DNA of 64,000 nucleotides, from contig JAYWIR010000028.1 in assembly GCA_036172245.1 (NCBI GenBank), positions 620,001 to 684,000 of the forward strand, given 5' to 3'. The position numbers were made by a program, and so were the translations under genes. This DNA comes from Raillietiella orientalis. Its lineage: Eukaryota. Below, one piece after another: positions 50,401 to 63,000 of the stretch (the first letter of the stretch is position 1; every line of letters starts with the position of its first letter). The notes beneath the pieces were generated by a model, which saw nothing but the letters and a program-made list of their open reading frames with translations, searched no databases and was not told the origin of the DNA.

Positions 50401-52949
50401 ACCACCACCACCAGCAGCGGCCTGCACAGCGATCCTGGAAGTTGGGCCTGGAGGTGCGCCAGCAAATCGAATCGGGGCCACCAAAGGATGTCTGGATTTC
50501 GAGGCATTTCTCCGAGACGGACTCCTGGAAGTGGCCAGTAAAAAGCACGGAACAATCCGGAAGATCAGTGCAACTGATGTATCTCATATGTTTGGTCCAG
50601 TGTGGATTTTCAATTCGATTTATTGAGCACTGATTATTTGGTGCAGGTGCCCTATGATCCTCGTACTTATTCTCAGGTCATTTTGAAGGTCGTAAGGAAT
50701 CCTCATTAGTTACAGCTGGAGAAAAGCTAATGATTTCATCGAAAAAGGAAGAACAAAAACAAATGCAGGCAAGCGGGTTCTGGAACGGCAACGAATATGA
50801 AAAGTACTACGTGGTTTTCGATTGCAAAGAACTGCCATAGGACCAACGCTGATATTCAACGCGTTGCAATGGGCGAGCAAAAGGAAAGACCCACCGCAGG
50901 AGAGTGAGACTGCAAAAAGTGACTCGCGTCAGCAGGGGCGTTCAGAATCAGAGGAATCGCCATAGAGAACATCTTCTCGAGATCAAAACGACGGGATGAA
51001 CGGAAACCGATACCTCTCCTGGTGAACCGAGCGTAATTTGCAAGCAGACCTCAGATTATGCCGGCTGGCAGCAACCCTTGGGTTTCGAAGAATAAGGGAG
51101 GTTTGTCCTCCAAAGAGTCGAGGTAACGGGCTCTGCCGAATAGCTTCCCCCCCCCTCCCCCATTGAATAGCATTCCCTATTAGTATTCAATTGGTGCTTC
51201 TTCAGCGTCTCATGCTCCTTTAGTGGGGAGCGTGCCGATGCAGATGCTGTCGTGTGTGCGGGAAAAGGTCCAGCGCTTCAACAAAATAGTTCTGACTCCA
51301 TCTGCGGATGCGACAATCGTTGCAGCCTCAGGGAGCGAGGCGGAATCACAGAGTTGAAGAATTGGGGAACTCGGGGTGACAGGCGTACTCCCAGGATTGG
51401 AGACGGAGGAGTCGATAGGAGATGCTGCGGGTCACCCCAGGCAATGGTGGGACGAGGAGGAACACCGCTGTCGAAAACGGGTGCGCATTGGTAAATCGAT
51501 TTCCAGAAGCAGACGGTGAACTTCTGGTGCCGGGAAGAGAAGGTGAAACAATTTCTCCGGCACAGAGATAAGGAATCTGGAGGAAGCGAGATCCTTCATC
51601 CGAGTTCCAATGGGGAGCGCCAACGAATGGACAGCTTTGCTCCGGGAGCTGGGGAAAAAAAAAAAAAAAAAACACTTGTCTTGAAAAGACGGACGGGCTG
51701 ATAGGTGCTATCGTAGTTTCGCTGATTCTTGCTGCAAACCTCCACTGAAAGCTCTTTATTTTCCAAAGAAGCAAATGCTCAGTTTTCCCTATTCTAATGA
51801 TTTCGAATCATGTTTATCATTCTGGCAGAGCAGTCAAAGGCACTTCCACGGCCAGCAGCAAGCCGGCGGCAGCCAATGGAGGTTCTCTGAATACCCTGGT
51901 GAATGGGACTGCCAAGGGATTGCAACTTATCCCCACTCTCAGCAATGAATCCTATCAGGTCCATGAATGAGCATTCCTGTGGGGAAAGAAATATTCCCTC
52001 CCTGACTGAAACCTGGCATCCTTGATTCAGTGATCAGCAGAGCAGCATTCAGAATGCTCGAAATTATTCGTCTGTTCGATATTTATTCCAGTCTCAGAGA
52101 TCCTCCAGCTCGGGAGTTTCCGTTCTCTTATTCTCCCACTTTCTCGGGACCTTGTGTGAAATCTCATCCTTCCTTGCCTTCATCTAGCATTCACAGGGGG
52201 CGCTAAGAACCATCTCCTGCTGATTATTTATGAATAGAATCTTTTCGACCCCTTTTCACCGCTCTCGTGGTGATTACATGACTGGACCCGGCTATGCAAC
52301 CAAAATGGGCTGTCAAGGTGCACACAGTCACTTCGAGTTGTTCGAGTTGACTCCCCCCCTTTTTTTTGAGGAACTGAGAGCCCTCACCGAGGACGGCCAT
52401 ATGCAAAGAGGCGACTTCTAAAGGTCTGATTCTACTCCATCGTCTGAAGGTGTTCGTGTCGTCTACATTTATCGGTTGGCACCGCATCCATTTTCGGTGT
52501 CCTTAACGACCGCAAACCATTTCGTTCCAAGTTTCTCGAACGAGTTTTCGTCTCCGAACTCGCCCGACGTGATCTCCGCGTTGATCTCCCTCCGTTGTCT
52601 TATGGTATACTGAGATCAGTCGCTACGTTTGTGCGAGTTTGCAGAGGAGACCGTTCCGTGCACACAAATCCCATTAACCGCCATCGCAGGACGCCCTACG
52701 AGCTCTGTCTTTTGTAGCGGAGTAGCCTTACTAATTTCGAGCAGCATCCATTGCTACATGATGCACAAGAATCACAACCTCATCCGCATTCTGTAACCCC
52801 GTCGGAGTGGAAGAGAACCATTTCATTCCTTCACGCCACCAATGGAAACAAATAACTGAAATCACAGATTACTGATTGTGAAGATGAAGGATGACAGGAA
52901 GGGAATCTAGCCTGCCAGACACTTTCAGTGCTGCGATCTATCTCCAGGG

Positions 52950-53780
52950 CTTAGTCTGTCCTCAAACCAGTAAGTGAGGGATTTGCAGAGAAATATCTCC
53001 CGTTTCCAGAGATATCGATTAGCAGCATCTGAATTTGTTCTCCGCTAAGTATCTCTGCAGAACTAAGCCTCTGGATCTCCGATATGCTTTCGGTGGTTTC
53101 TCGAGTGATTCGTGCGTGTTGGCCATTGGATTCCTGCTTCTGGGATGAAAGAAAAGAGCTTGTGCTCACGATCGGTGCGGATGCAGCGTGTGATCATCTT
53201 TTCTTTAAGATGAACATTTCGAGTTGGCAATCCGTTGAAAATTGCAGCTGCACCCTTTGAGGAGTCAGCGTAGCTCGCCGTGACCAATTTTTCGCGCATG
53301 GTGTTCCGGGACCATACAACCATCCACAAAGTGCAATCACCACCATCGATCACCATCCACGCGTTCTCCAAGCATGCGGCTCGGCAGAAAGAGATCTTTT
53401 TACATTCTCTTTGCTGTACCTAATGGAGGAGAACTTCTCTGCCAGTGATTCAGCTTTGTAGGGATTTCCATGGGAAATTTCAGAAATTTTCTGCCAGCAG
53501 ACATCGTTGAATGAAGAAGAATTCCTGCAGGGCTGAATCGCTGAGTTTAAAAGCTGTATGTGGTATTTGGAAAGTTCGAGGAGCTTGGTGGTTGATTCTG
53601 AAGTCACCGCCTTAGTGCTGTCCGAAGGACGTGCAAGTAGCCTTTGAACCATCCACTTCACTTTGCTAACCATTTTCATTTTCGTTCGAATCTGAGGGTA
53701 CCACAAATGAAGGACGTTTCTGCTGTGAATCCCAGTGATCAGCTTGCGCTCACCAGTGTGTCCCTCCCAGTGCCCCAAGA
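52950..53780 (-). mobile_element. Decayed non-LTR ORF2/RT remnant
   Basis: FSSIRYSKENVKRSL (linker-like) then RETTESI...QIQMLLIDISG (GRST...LLID.S.AFD-like). Confidence 0.3.
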
Positions 53781-54189
53781 TGATGGTTCATCAAGCTCAT
53801 CCATCAAAGGAAACTAAAAAGAGTCATCGTCTTCGTGATAATCATCGGGTCCACTTGCAGATTCGAGTAGGACTGGAGAAAGGCCAGCCGCCACTGCAGA
53901 GAGAGCAGGATGTGCGCATGCCCACTGGCAATTTGTGTAGTTCAGCGTGGATGAGCAGACGAGAAGTAAATTGCTCTCCGTTCCCATCATCTTCCTGTTC
54001 CAGTTTTTTGCTTACTACGCTTAGGTACTCCGGGTACAGCCCTCCATGACTGTGACTTTCGATGGAGAGGAGCATCCAAGCAGTTTGCATGGGGGTACTC
54101 CCCGATGCTGAAGGGAACCTCTCTCTGGACTCCTGACTCGACTCAGGGAGATCGATCATCGGCGATTTGAAGATAATTGGAAACACGGA

Positions 54190-54812
54190 AGAGTTTTGGC
54201 CGTTCTTCCCGTTGACCTCACGCGTTCAGCCACTCACCGAGAACAAGAGCTCTTCAAGTTCGGGGGTGTTCGGGAGGCGACCACCCGTTGAATCCAGGAA
54301 AGCTCTGGAGGAAGGATTCCTTTCCTCTTACGCTTGGCAGGGAGCCCACGTCATAGTTGTCGCCGAAGGGATCTTCTCCTGAAATTTCTTCTTGCTTACT
54401 CCTCTGAGGAGAACGTCGAAAGGACGCTTCCGAATTTTTCTGAAGGTCGCTCCCCAAAGAGAGCAGCGCACTTCTTGATACTCTGGAGAGGTATCAACCA
54501 GCTCCATGGTACTCGATGGAGGGCCTTACCCCCCTCCCCCCTTCCTTACCCCTCCAAGGAGGGGGACGGCTCCGTTTTCACAACCGGAGGGGAACCCCGT
54601 AAGGAAGCGGCTCCCTGATTCCTGGAAGGACTCCTGAGGGTCAACTTCCAATCCCGGCCAGCCAACGGGGGCATCCGATTTCCAGCCTCGAACAGTGCCG
54701 CACCCGAAGCCTATAAGGGCAACCAGCGTTACCTCGCGGGGGGAGCTCGAAACTCACGACGCACCCGTTTCTCTGGATTCGATCCTTTATTCTCATCCGG
54801 CCACACCAGGGC
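54190..54812 (-). mobile_element. Repeat with tRNA-like head (SINE-like), copy 3, more diverged and internally shortened
   Basis: Reverse complement shares cgggtgcggcactg, cggatgccccc, tccttccaggaatca, cctccggttgtgaa and ttcctggattca with copy 1, and ttcggaagcgtcc with copy 2. Confidence 0.7.
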
Positions 54813-54813
54813 G

Positions 54814-57800
54814 TTTATTGGCAAAAAAAATATTTACAAAAAAGACAGTCATATAAAATATAAAATATCTTTTTTCGTAGTGGCTCCTCATGACCACTGC
54901 GAAGGGAGATGCCTCGGAGACGCCACTTCTCGTGAGCAGCTCCCCGATGACGTCCGCATAGGAGGAGTGGTAAAAGGGGTAAACAAAAACACAAAGTTCA
55001 ATTTGAAAATATTTCAGGGAGCAGGGGAACGGATCGCAGATTTCTTCCTGGCGTCCTCAGCATCCTCTGGAGGATGTTGGCAACTTCCTCTTTTTTTTTT
55101 TTTTTTTTTTCTTTAGAGGCTGAAACGCGAGGACTCCCCTCCGGACGAGAGTTGCCAGGAGCCGCTGCCGCATCTGCCTGGAGGAGGAAGCGTCCTGAGT
55201 GCTGCTGGAGTGCGGCCACCTGGTGGCCTGCAGGAGCTGCTCGAGGCGGGTGAAGTGCCCCATGTGCCGCAGGCCAGTCTTTCGCACGGTCCTGGTGTTC
55301 CAATAAGCCACGTGACCTCTCAAAAAAAAAGATACACAAAAAAAATAAATTCCTCCTCTTGTTGGCAGTGATGTGGCGATCTTGTCACCTTCCCCACGAA
55401 GGAGCAGGAGACTATGATGACCTCACCTTTCGACTGACCTCTTTCGGCGCGGCTTCTCGCCACCACGATCCCACGCAGCGCAGAGCTGCAAGAGAAGTTG
55501 CAGGCGACATCGCGTCGCGCGAGAAGAGGGCATCGCAAAACCTCTCTGCCGTTGTCCGTGGGGAGTGGGAGGACAGCAGGCAAGCGTTTCCAGACACTCA
55601 GGAGGGCAACACAATTTAGCAACAGGTGCGGGAAGGCTTCTTGTTCCCTCTATCTGGCACAGTCCGGGGCCACACTCCCCTTCCTCCACTGGTGGACTCG
55701 TGCGTTGCTTGGGATCACCCAGTGCAGCAACTGCAATGCCACTCAGGCCAATCATAGTCCTGCCACTTCAGGAGAAGCGTGAAGCTGTTCACAAACACTG
55801 AGGGTATTCCTGCCTCTTCAGGAGGGATGCCCAGGAGTTCCACCCAGAGACGAATTCCTTTGAGAGGGAGGGCGGCGGCCGCACATGCGTCAGCCATGTT
55901 GACGCGTCGTCCGGCATCATCCCAGTTACTTCTTTTTTTCCCGCGGTCTCTCAGGACACTTCCCATCTTGTGAGTGCATCTCTGTTTCCACTTTGTCGCA
56001 TGGTGCCCAACGTGGCTGCAAGTGGGGTGTTCCGTGGGCAGTCCATGATTTTCTGCAACGAGCAGCGAGAGCAGTTCGAGAAGCGCAGGCATAGCGATGG
56101 CTCCGGGCTCGAGCCATTTCTTTTCGTCCACCCCTGACACGTTTCCTGTTTCCAGGCACTATAGTTGGCGGGGAGCCAGGAAATCCATCTGCCCTCTTGG
56201 ACCAAGGCGACCATTTGCCGGAGTTGGCATCCGCTCGGGACAACTTTCGGTGGCCATGCACGAGGAACGTACCGAGTCCCTCAGAGCCGGCTGCTCTCTC
56301 GACCGCAAAATGGACTCTGGATGGACGCACCAATAGGCGGTCCAGATCTTTGCCGCTAGGACTAATCATCTACACTGGAGCTGACGCCCCATCCTCTCCA
56401 CATGTGCACAAGTTCTTCATTAATCATCGCGTTACGCCAGCAGGAGCGCAGGCAGGCCAGGGGGACATCCGGGAATCCCGTGCGTTCCCGAAGTTCCAAA
56501 AGGAGCTCCTGGTTGGCGCAGTTGAATGCCCTTTGCAAATTGACTGCGATCGCAAATGCTCCCGACGCCTTCCACTCAACGTGGCCTCCCAGTCCCTGGC
56601 CATCTCGGAACTCGGGATTCCTTTGACCGGCTGGCGCAACCCTTTGTTTCAACTGAAGCTAGGAGCTGACCAGGAACAGATTGGTTTCCACGCTTCGTCC
56701 GGGAACAGAGCACATCTGCTCCGGACTGATGGACGTTCCCGCCGACTGCCCCAGGCGTTCAGTCCATAGTTTCGCAAGCAGCTTGGCGTCCGTGTTGATC
56801 ACAGTAATCGGACGCTAGTTGCTTATGTTGCGGAGGTCTCCTTCCTTTGGAAGGAGACCTACTCTTGCTGATCGGAAGGAAGCGGGCACCTCGCCTGTCT
56901 CCCGAAACAGCGTGCACATCCGATGCACCAGTGGGATCAGCTCTGCCGCGAAACACTGGTGAAATTCAGCCGGCAGGCTGTCCTCCCCTGGTATTTTCCC
57001 CCTCTGGAGCTTGCCGATGGCGAAGATGATTTCTCCCTTCGTGAAAGGCTCGCTCAAGGGAGTCTGCGACCCCTCCCCGATCGCAGGAACGCCCTCAGGC
57101 AGCAGCCGCTGCGCGAAGTCGCGTTCCGGTGGTGCTCTCGCGTACAGGGAGGAGTAGAATTGGCTCACTATGCGCCGTATTTCTGCCGGGGACGAGAGCT
57201 CTTGGCCTTGGTCATCCATTAAGCTGGTCGTCCCGGGCTTCCAGGCTTATCGCTCCGCCCTGGCTTCCATCTCGGCCAGACGACGAACGTCTGGCCTTTT
57301 TTGCAAGCACCGATCCTGGAGATACGCGGGCTCGCTGCGTATTCCTTCACCAAACCAGGCGGGGAGGCGGTCTACAGGGAAGCTCGTGCAGCACTCTCGT
57401 ACCAAGCACTTCATCTCGTCCCAACCTTCGAGTTGCTGCACAATGACATTTCGCAAGAAGTTACAGAGGTGTTCTGCAGCCTCCGGGAGATGAAGCCAAT
57501 CCCTTGGTAAGCGCCAAGCGTTGGAAGGGGGACTTTTCCCGCGTGGGAGTACTTCCAGCTCAATTCGGTCGTAATCCGACAGCGTCGTTCGTACCTTTTC
57601 ACGATAATCTACCCGCGAACGCAGGTGGTCGTCGAGGAAGACATGATCGATGCTGACCTCCATGCCCGTGACCCCAGTCAGCAAGTTGCACGTGTGCATC
57701 GCTAAGCACGCCCCGTTTACCAGGTTGAGCTGGCTGATAGCCCTATCTGAAAGCAGGGGAATGTTGAGATCTCCCGCTATCAGGTGGGCTGTACGCACGC

Positions 57801-57950
57801 CTGCTTCAACCAACCATTCGCGCTTCAGGGCTTTGAAGAATCTGGTCCTCGCCCCGCGCATGTTGGAGCCGCATGGCCACGACCAGGCCGATCGAATCGG
57901 ACCACTCGAGAACAAGTTTTGCTATTCGACCTTCCTCGTCGAACTACAGT
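54814..57950 (-). mobile_element. Degenerate L1/Tx1-like non-LTR retrotransposon (5'-truncated ORF2: APE, linker, N-terminal half of RT, CCHC, 3' UTR)
   Basis: APE motifs DEEGR, IAGDLN, SIDHVF, LSDY (normally SDH). Linker and RT: FYSSLY, EPFTKGEI, KIPGEDSLPAEF, LLPKEGDLRNISN*RPITVINTDAKLLAK, VPGRS, NLQRAFN. C-terminal LLHWVIP..DCAR*REQEAFPHLLLNC and AYWNTR. A-run at 55090-55110 and AATAAA at 54814-54819. Multiple stops and frameshifts. Confidence 0.9.
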
Positions 57951-58800
57951 AAAGTCTCTACTAAAGTCTCTTGCCGTATCGCAGGCAGAGAGAAGTTGAT
58001 GAGCGATTGGACCATGGGACAGCTGGCGGACGCCACGTCCCAGAGCGTCTTTCCGCGAGGACTGAAGAAATGGGGCGAGCTGCTCGGCATCTCGATGGAT
58101 GACCTGAAGTGGTCCCCAGTGATAACTAGAAGGAGGATCCTCCTCCTAAAGTGGGAGGAGTCGGCGCTTATGTTGTTGCACTGGGGTCTCCCCTGAAACG
58201 CGCGCCTCCACCACTGGACACGGGGGCGAGTGAATCCGAACTGTGCCAGGTGCGATGTACGGGAATCCCTCCCGCACCTGGTAGTTGACTGTATTGCCCT
58301 CCGGCCTCTTTAGGAACGTTTCGGGAAGACCCTAGGGAACCCGGTGGGCAGCCCTCCCAGAGACGTCTTTCGGCTCCTCTTAGTGTGGGACGCCCTGCAG
58401 CCAGCCGCAGCCGTAGCAGCGCTCAGCTGCATCCGCGGTATTGTGGCAGCTTGGAGTGGATCTGACGAACCAAAAAATGCAAACGAAAGGGATGTCATGG
58501 AGTATGCAGCTCGCTTTCTGCAAATAGCAACCCGATGGCTCCACCTGGGAAACAGGCAGGACCTCGTCGGCATCCTGCAAAGGATGGAACCTCCACCAAG
58601 CGGACAGTGATCCCTTCCCGACCCTCCAGAGAACTATTCTTTTTTTTAAATTTTGTTTTATTTTTCTTTTTGTTTTTTCCCCATCCCTCTCCGCTGCCGT
58701 GGAGAGTCAAGTCGGTCTGCTCACCGACGACCCGGCAGGTCGCTCGTTCTATTGGCCGCAGCGGGGTCTTATACTGCAATCGTTGTCTGTTCACAATAAA
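57951..58800 (+). mobile_element. 3' end of a related L1/Tx1-like element (ORF2 C-terminus plus T-rich 3' UTR)
   Basis: PRGLKKWGELLG...LLHWGLP*NARLHHWTRGRVNPNCARCDVRESLPHLVVDC (CCHC zinc finger); stop near 58610; T-rich UTR; AATAAA at 58795-58800. Confidence 0.85.
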
Positions 58801-59555
58801 CGACCCGGAGTGACCGAGTGGCAACGTCGAACTACAAATGTCCCGCGTCGGAGGCTTTAAGGCTTCCGCGTGTGGCACCATGCGCCGCGGGTTCGAATAC
58901 CCCGTCAGAAACTGACGCCACTGCGTCGTTGGGTTCAGAGTTTCTCCTGCAATGGCGCTGGTTGGCTAAGCCCATTCGGAAGCGGCACCGGCGTGGATTA
59001 AGCCGGAGGCCCCCGATGAAGGCTGGAACAATGGGAAATTGACCTTCGGGTCTTCCCAGGAATAAAGGAGTAGGAAGTTCCCTCTCCTGTCGTGCAACGG
59101 AGAGCAGACCCCCCTCACCGGGGGACCCCTCCGGTTTCGAGATGGAGCAGAAGCCCTCACGGGCACCTCTCCAGTTGCTCAAAGGACAGGACCCCCCTGT
59201 TTCTGGGGGGACCCTCCGAGTCGTCGCCTCTTCACAGAGTGTGCACAAGGAAGCAAGCGAGAGCGATTCCCTGCGGGAAGCTGCAGCGCCCCTTCTGAGT
59301 TTCGGAAGCGTCCCTTCGGGGTTCTCTTCAGAGGAGTGAACAGGAGCGGTTCCCTCGCGGGTTCCCTCCGGAGAAGAAATTCCTACTAGCGGATCCTTTC
59401 CGGGTTTCCTTCGGAGAAGTTGACATGGAGAGGATGAGGAAGGAGATTCCCTTCAGGGTTCCCCTTCGGAGACAACCAGGGTGGGAGGTGCGATCCCCCC
59501 CATCCGGGAGGATCCCTCCCCAAGCGTGAGAGGAACGGACTCCGAATCCTTCCTG
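58801..59555 (+). mobile_element. Repeat with tRNA-like head and hairpin-unit array (SINE-like), copy 2
   Basis: A-box-like TGACCGAGTGG at 58811-58821 and B-box GGTTCGAATAC at 58890-58900; body colinear with 4005-4670. Confidence 0.75.
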
Positions 59556-60082
59556 CGATGGCGAACCTTGGCCGTCGCAGCGAAGTTATGGAGCACCCTT
59601 GGTGCGAACCGGCCCGCCTCCTCGCCCGCCGTGTCTCCTGAACGGATTGACTCACATCTTATCTTTTGTGCCGCGGCAAGAAGAAAAGAAGATGCGGCCT
59701 CCTTCTCGGACGCATAGCCACCCTAGCAAAGGAGAACAGCTGGATGACGTGTTGCTTCGCCAACTCTAGCGCATGGCTAGAAGAAACAGCTGGCACGTGG
59801 GCGAAGTTGAATCAGCCAAGTGAAGCAAGGAACTGCCTGCTATTGAGCAACCTCTCCCGCTACGGAAGGTCCTGGAGTGTCCAGCCAAGAGCACGCGGGT
59901 GGAGATGACCCCCCTCGCTGCGGCGATGCCTTTCCTGAGGAGGGCACTTGGCAACAGCCAGACGCTGAGGTGGCAGGTCACCTGCGAGATTGCAAGCAGA
60001 AGGAAGATAGGACGGCTGGCCGACGCCATGACCCGAAGTGTCCTCCCGCGTGGACTAAAGAGATGGGGCGAGCTGCTCGGCT
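59556..60082 (+). mobile_element. Internal ORF2 (post-RT) fragment of the same Tx1-like family
   Basis: LAVAAKLW, NSSAWLEETAGTW, TPLAAA and GRLADAMTRSVLPRGLKRWGELLG match the equivalent segments at about 55800-56360 (-) and 57960-58090 (+). Confidence 0.8.
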
Positions 60083-63000
60083 GGCAAGTTCCTGTTTTAA
60101 GATCTCCAAATGGTGGCATCTTGACGCTATCGTCATGAAGAGGATGGCAAAATAGATGGCGTACCTATCATTTTGGCCTCCTCTTGCGTTGCTCCATGTA
60201 GCCACGATCCCGTGTAGGCAGCAAAGTGCTGCTAGGGGTGTGGCCGGTTTGAGAACGTGCGCAGGAAGAGGCGCTTCAGAATGTCTCTAAGGTTCCCCTC
60301 GGGGCTCTGCAGGGACGCGGCAAAACGTTCCCACAAGAGACGGAGAGCAGCACAATCTATGAGCAGGTGCGAGAGAGACTCTCTTTCTCCGCATCTGCTG
60401 CGGTTGGGACTTACACTTTTCCGGGTCCAATGGCGTATACGGGCATCACACGGGAGGCCTCAATGCAACAGAAGGATCTCAGACTTCTTCCACTTGGAAG
60501 GGAAGGTAGCACTGTCCCAGCACTCTGTGGGCCAATGTACCTCCTCCGGAGGAATTTGTAGTAGTTCTCCCCAGAGTAGCAGTTCTTTTGGAGAGACATT
60601 CGGGTGGCAGCATCTGTCACCTCCCGAGCTGTCCACGCATTCAGTTGTTTTCGTCTATTTTCGATAGTGCACGTCACCTCTCACTTTTCCGGAAGGTCGC
60701 TGTCTCTTGCTTCCCGTATGGAGGGCAGCACCGGGGCAAGGAAGGTGAACGTCGCCCAAAGCAGATTCCTGGTGTTGCCCCGGATCTCCTTCAACGGCTG
60801 AGAGCGTTCCGGAGGCAGATGAACTCTGCCTCGCTCGTGCCGTTGATTGTGTCCCAAGCAAAAACTGAATTCTGCAGCCAGGCAGTTCAGTTCACGGGGA
60901 GGACGGAGACTCAGCGATTCGTTCAGACTAAGGCGACATGTTCGAAGCTGCGAGCCAAGATGCGAGCAAACTTCAATCGGTGGCCATGACGACGAAATTC
61001 AGTCCATCGCAGACGGTTGCTTGTTTGGCAAGGATGCGTGCTGGAGCGCAACAAGGTGTGTCCCACAGCTTTGACGACAGTGCGATTCTTCGAAATTGAA
61101 GCTGACGTTCCATTCGCTCAAGAGTGAGGAGGTCCAGTCTGCCACCCTTACGGGGAGCGCAAAGTTCCTTTAACTGGACTCTGGACTTCCCTGCTCTCCA
61201 CAAGACTTTCTAAGAAGGTCCTGGGTCCTCTTTTGGATGATCACAGGGGCGGAGCCGAGCGCACGTGTTACTGCTGGCAATTCGGTGCTGCGGTTCCCAT
61301 CTGCTGCTCAGGAGGAATGGTCCTCAGTGATGGAGCAGGTAGAGGGATGACCTCTCTCTTATGCTCCTCCTCTTCACCTTTGTTCTCCATCCGAAGCGGA
61401 GGATCCTTTTCGAGGAAGACTCCCGACAACCAACTTGCATTCTCTCGGCTTCAGGAGCCGATGCATCCTTCCCCTGTGGGAATGCATCCTGCCTCGGGAC
61501 CTTGGCCTCTTTGAGGCGGTTTCCGTTGCTTCCGTATCTCCGCTGGTGCTTACCTTATCCAGGTCGGAGTGGGAACTCATGCTGAGGTTGCCCTCCACGG
61601 GACGTCTTACAGCCTTTTCTTTTTTCGAGGTCTTTATTTTCGGAGGTGTTGGCGTCACTACCTTCTCTAAAGCGATGGCAGCAACATTGCAAACGACCTT
61701 CGTTGCTGTCTTTCGGTTCGTCCATCACCATTTCCATGGCTGCGTTCACGACGTTTTCGATCGTTGCCTCGACCGCGCTAATCTGTTAAGGCGTCGCCTT
61801 TCAGTCCTGCGGCTGCTTAGTGATCGCTTTCGCCTTATCGCGACTTTTTCGTTTGGGTGAGGGTTTTTCCTCTTTATTTTTTGATGCTACCACTTGTGAT
61901 TTCGATCCATTGGTCATTTCTTCCGCTCTTTTGGAAGTTTGCTCCGATGAATTCTGGTTTGTCTGCTGTGGACATCTTTCCTTCCTCCCTTTGCTTCCGT
62001 TCTTTTCCACGAACTGCCTCTTCTCCGGCTCTGCGCTCGGAACTCACGGACGAGTCTTTTCGGGCACACAAACTTCATGTAGTTCTTTGGACCGCAGCGA
62101 TGACAAGTAATTTCCGGACATTTTGTCGTTAGGTTTTATTGCGATGGCTGCTGCATAATCTTGGTTTCCTGGGGAACCGTAGATCAGAGTGAAGTCCTCC
62201 GATTTCCATCCGGCAGGGAAGCTGCTTCCCTTCGTGCGCGGTCAGACTTGCAGCTTGCAGCCTAGCCGCTAGACAGTCCCTCATATCCGGGAAACTGGCC
62301 TGACCTAGTACGCGTGGACCCTCGCATATCCTTTGAGGTGACGGAGGACCTCACGCACGTCCATCTGCAGCCGTAAACCTCGTAGGTGGACCACTACTAA
62401 ATGATCCGCCGTTTTAGGGTAGAGCTTCTTGCCTTCGATGGTTATGGAGGTGTTCAGCAGTCTCTGAGCGAGAGCTGCCTCTTTGCAGGTCCTCTCACCA
62501 CAGGGAGTCCTTCGACGTCTCTTTTTTCGACGTTCGAGTTGCGCAACCCCTCCGCAAAAAGGGTGACCGGCGCGTTCGCAACGGACCTAATCGGCCCACC
62601 TTGTAGAGCAGGACAGACCGGTGGTTTTAAGCCTCAAAGGTCTCCGTTTCTGCCTGGGCAACGGCCGCGACAGCCGAGACCACTTGGTTCTACGTCCTTC
62701 TATTCGCAGGACTTCCTCCATCCTCGGAAACGATAGCTTCCTTCTCCATCGGGGTTGGTGGTGAAGTCTTCGCGTCACCTCCTTCCTCCATAGCGGCAGT
62801 ATGGCATTTCTGTCATTACGCCACCACATCCACAACCACCACGCAAATTTGGCAAAAACGCTTTACTTGTTGAAATTCTCGGAGGGTCACGAAGAGCGTC
62901 GGTCCTTTACGGGTGCTCGAACGCCTAACGTTTGGTACCGCGCGCAGAGACCGCAGCCACAGCCTCCAACATGTGCCAGAGCGTTCTCTTCGGGCGTCTG

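Noticed and set aside
50392..50416. Poly-His tract in ORF 50088..50633
   Set aside because: A (CAC)n microsatellite in an ORF with no ATG start and no recognisable domain.
54814..58800. Single L1 insertion inverted by twin priming
   Set aside because: Both arms carry their own diverged CCHC domain and 3' UTR, so they are two elements.
58801..58910. Functional tRNA gene
   Set aside because: A and B boxes are present but no full cloverleaf or oligo-T terminator could be drawn, and the sequence continues into a 0.7-kb repeat.
56815..62100. APOBEC- or RIP-like editing (TGG to TAG/TGA, His to Tyr in SDH and the zinc knuckle)
   Set aside because: Only a handful of sites, no consensus to polarise them, and transitions dominate neutral decay anyway.
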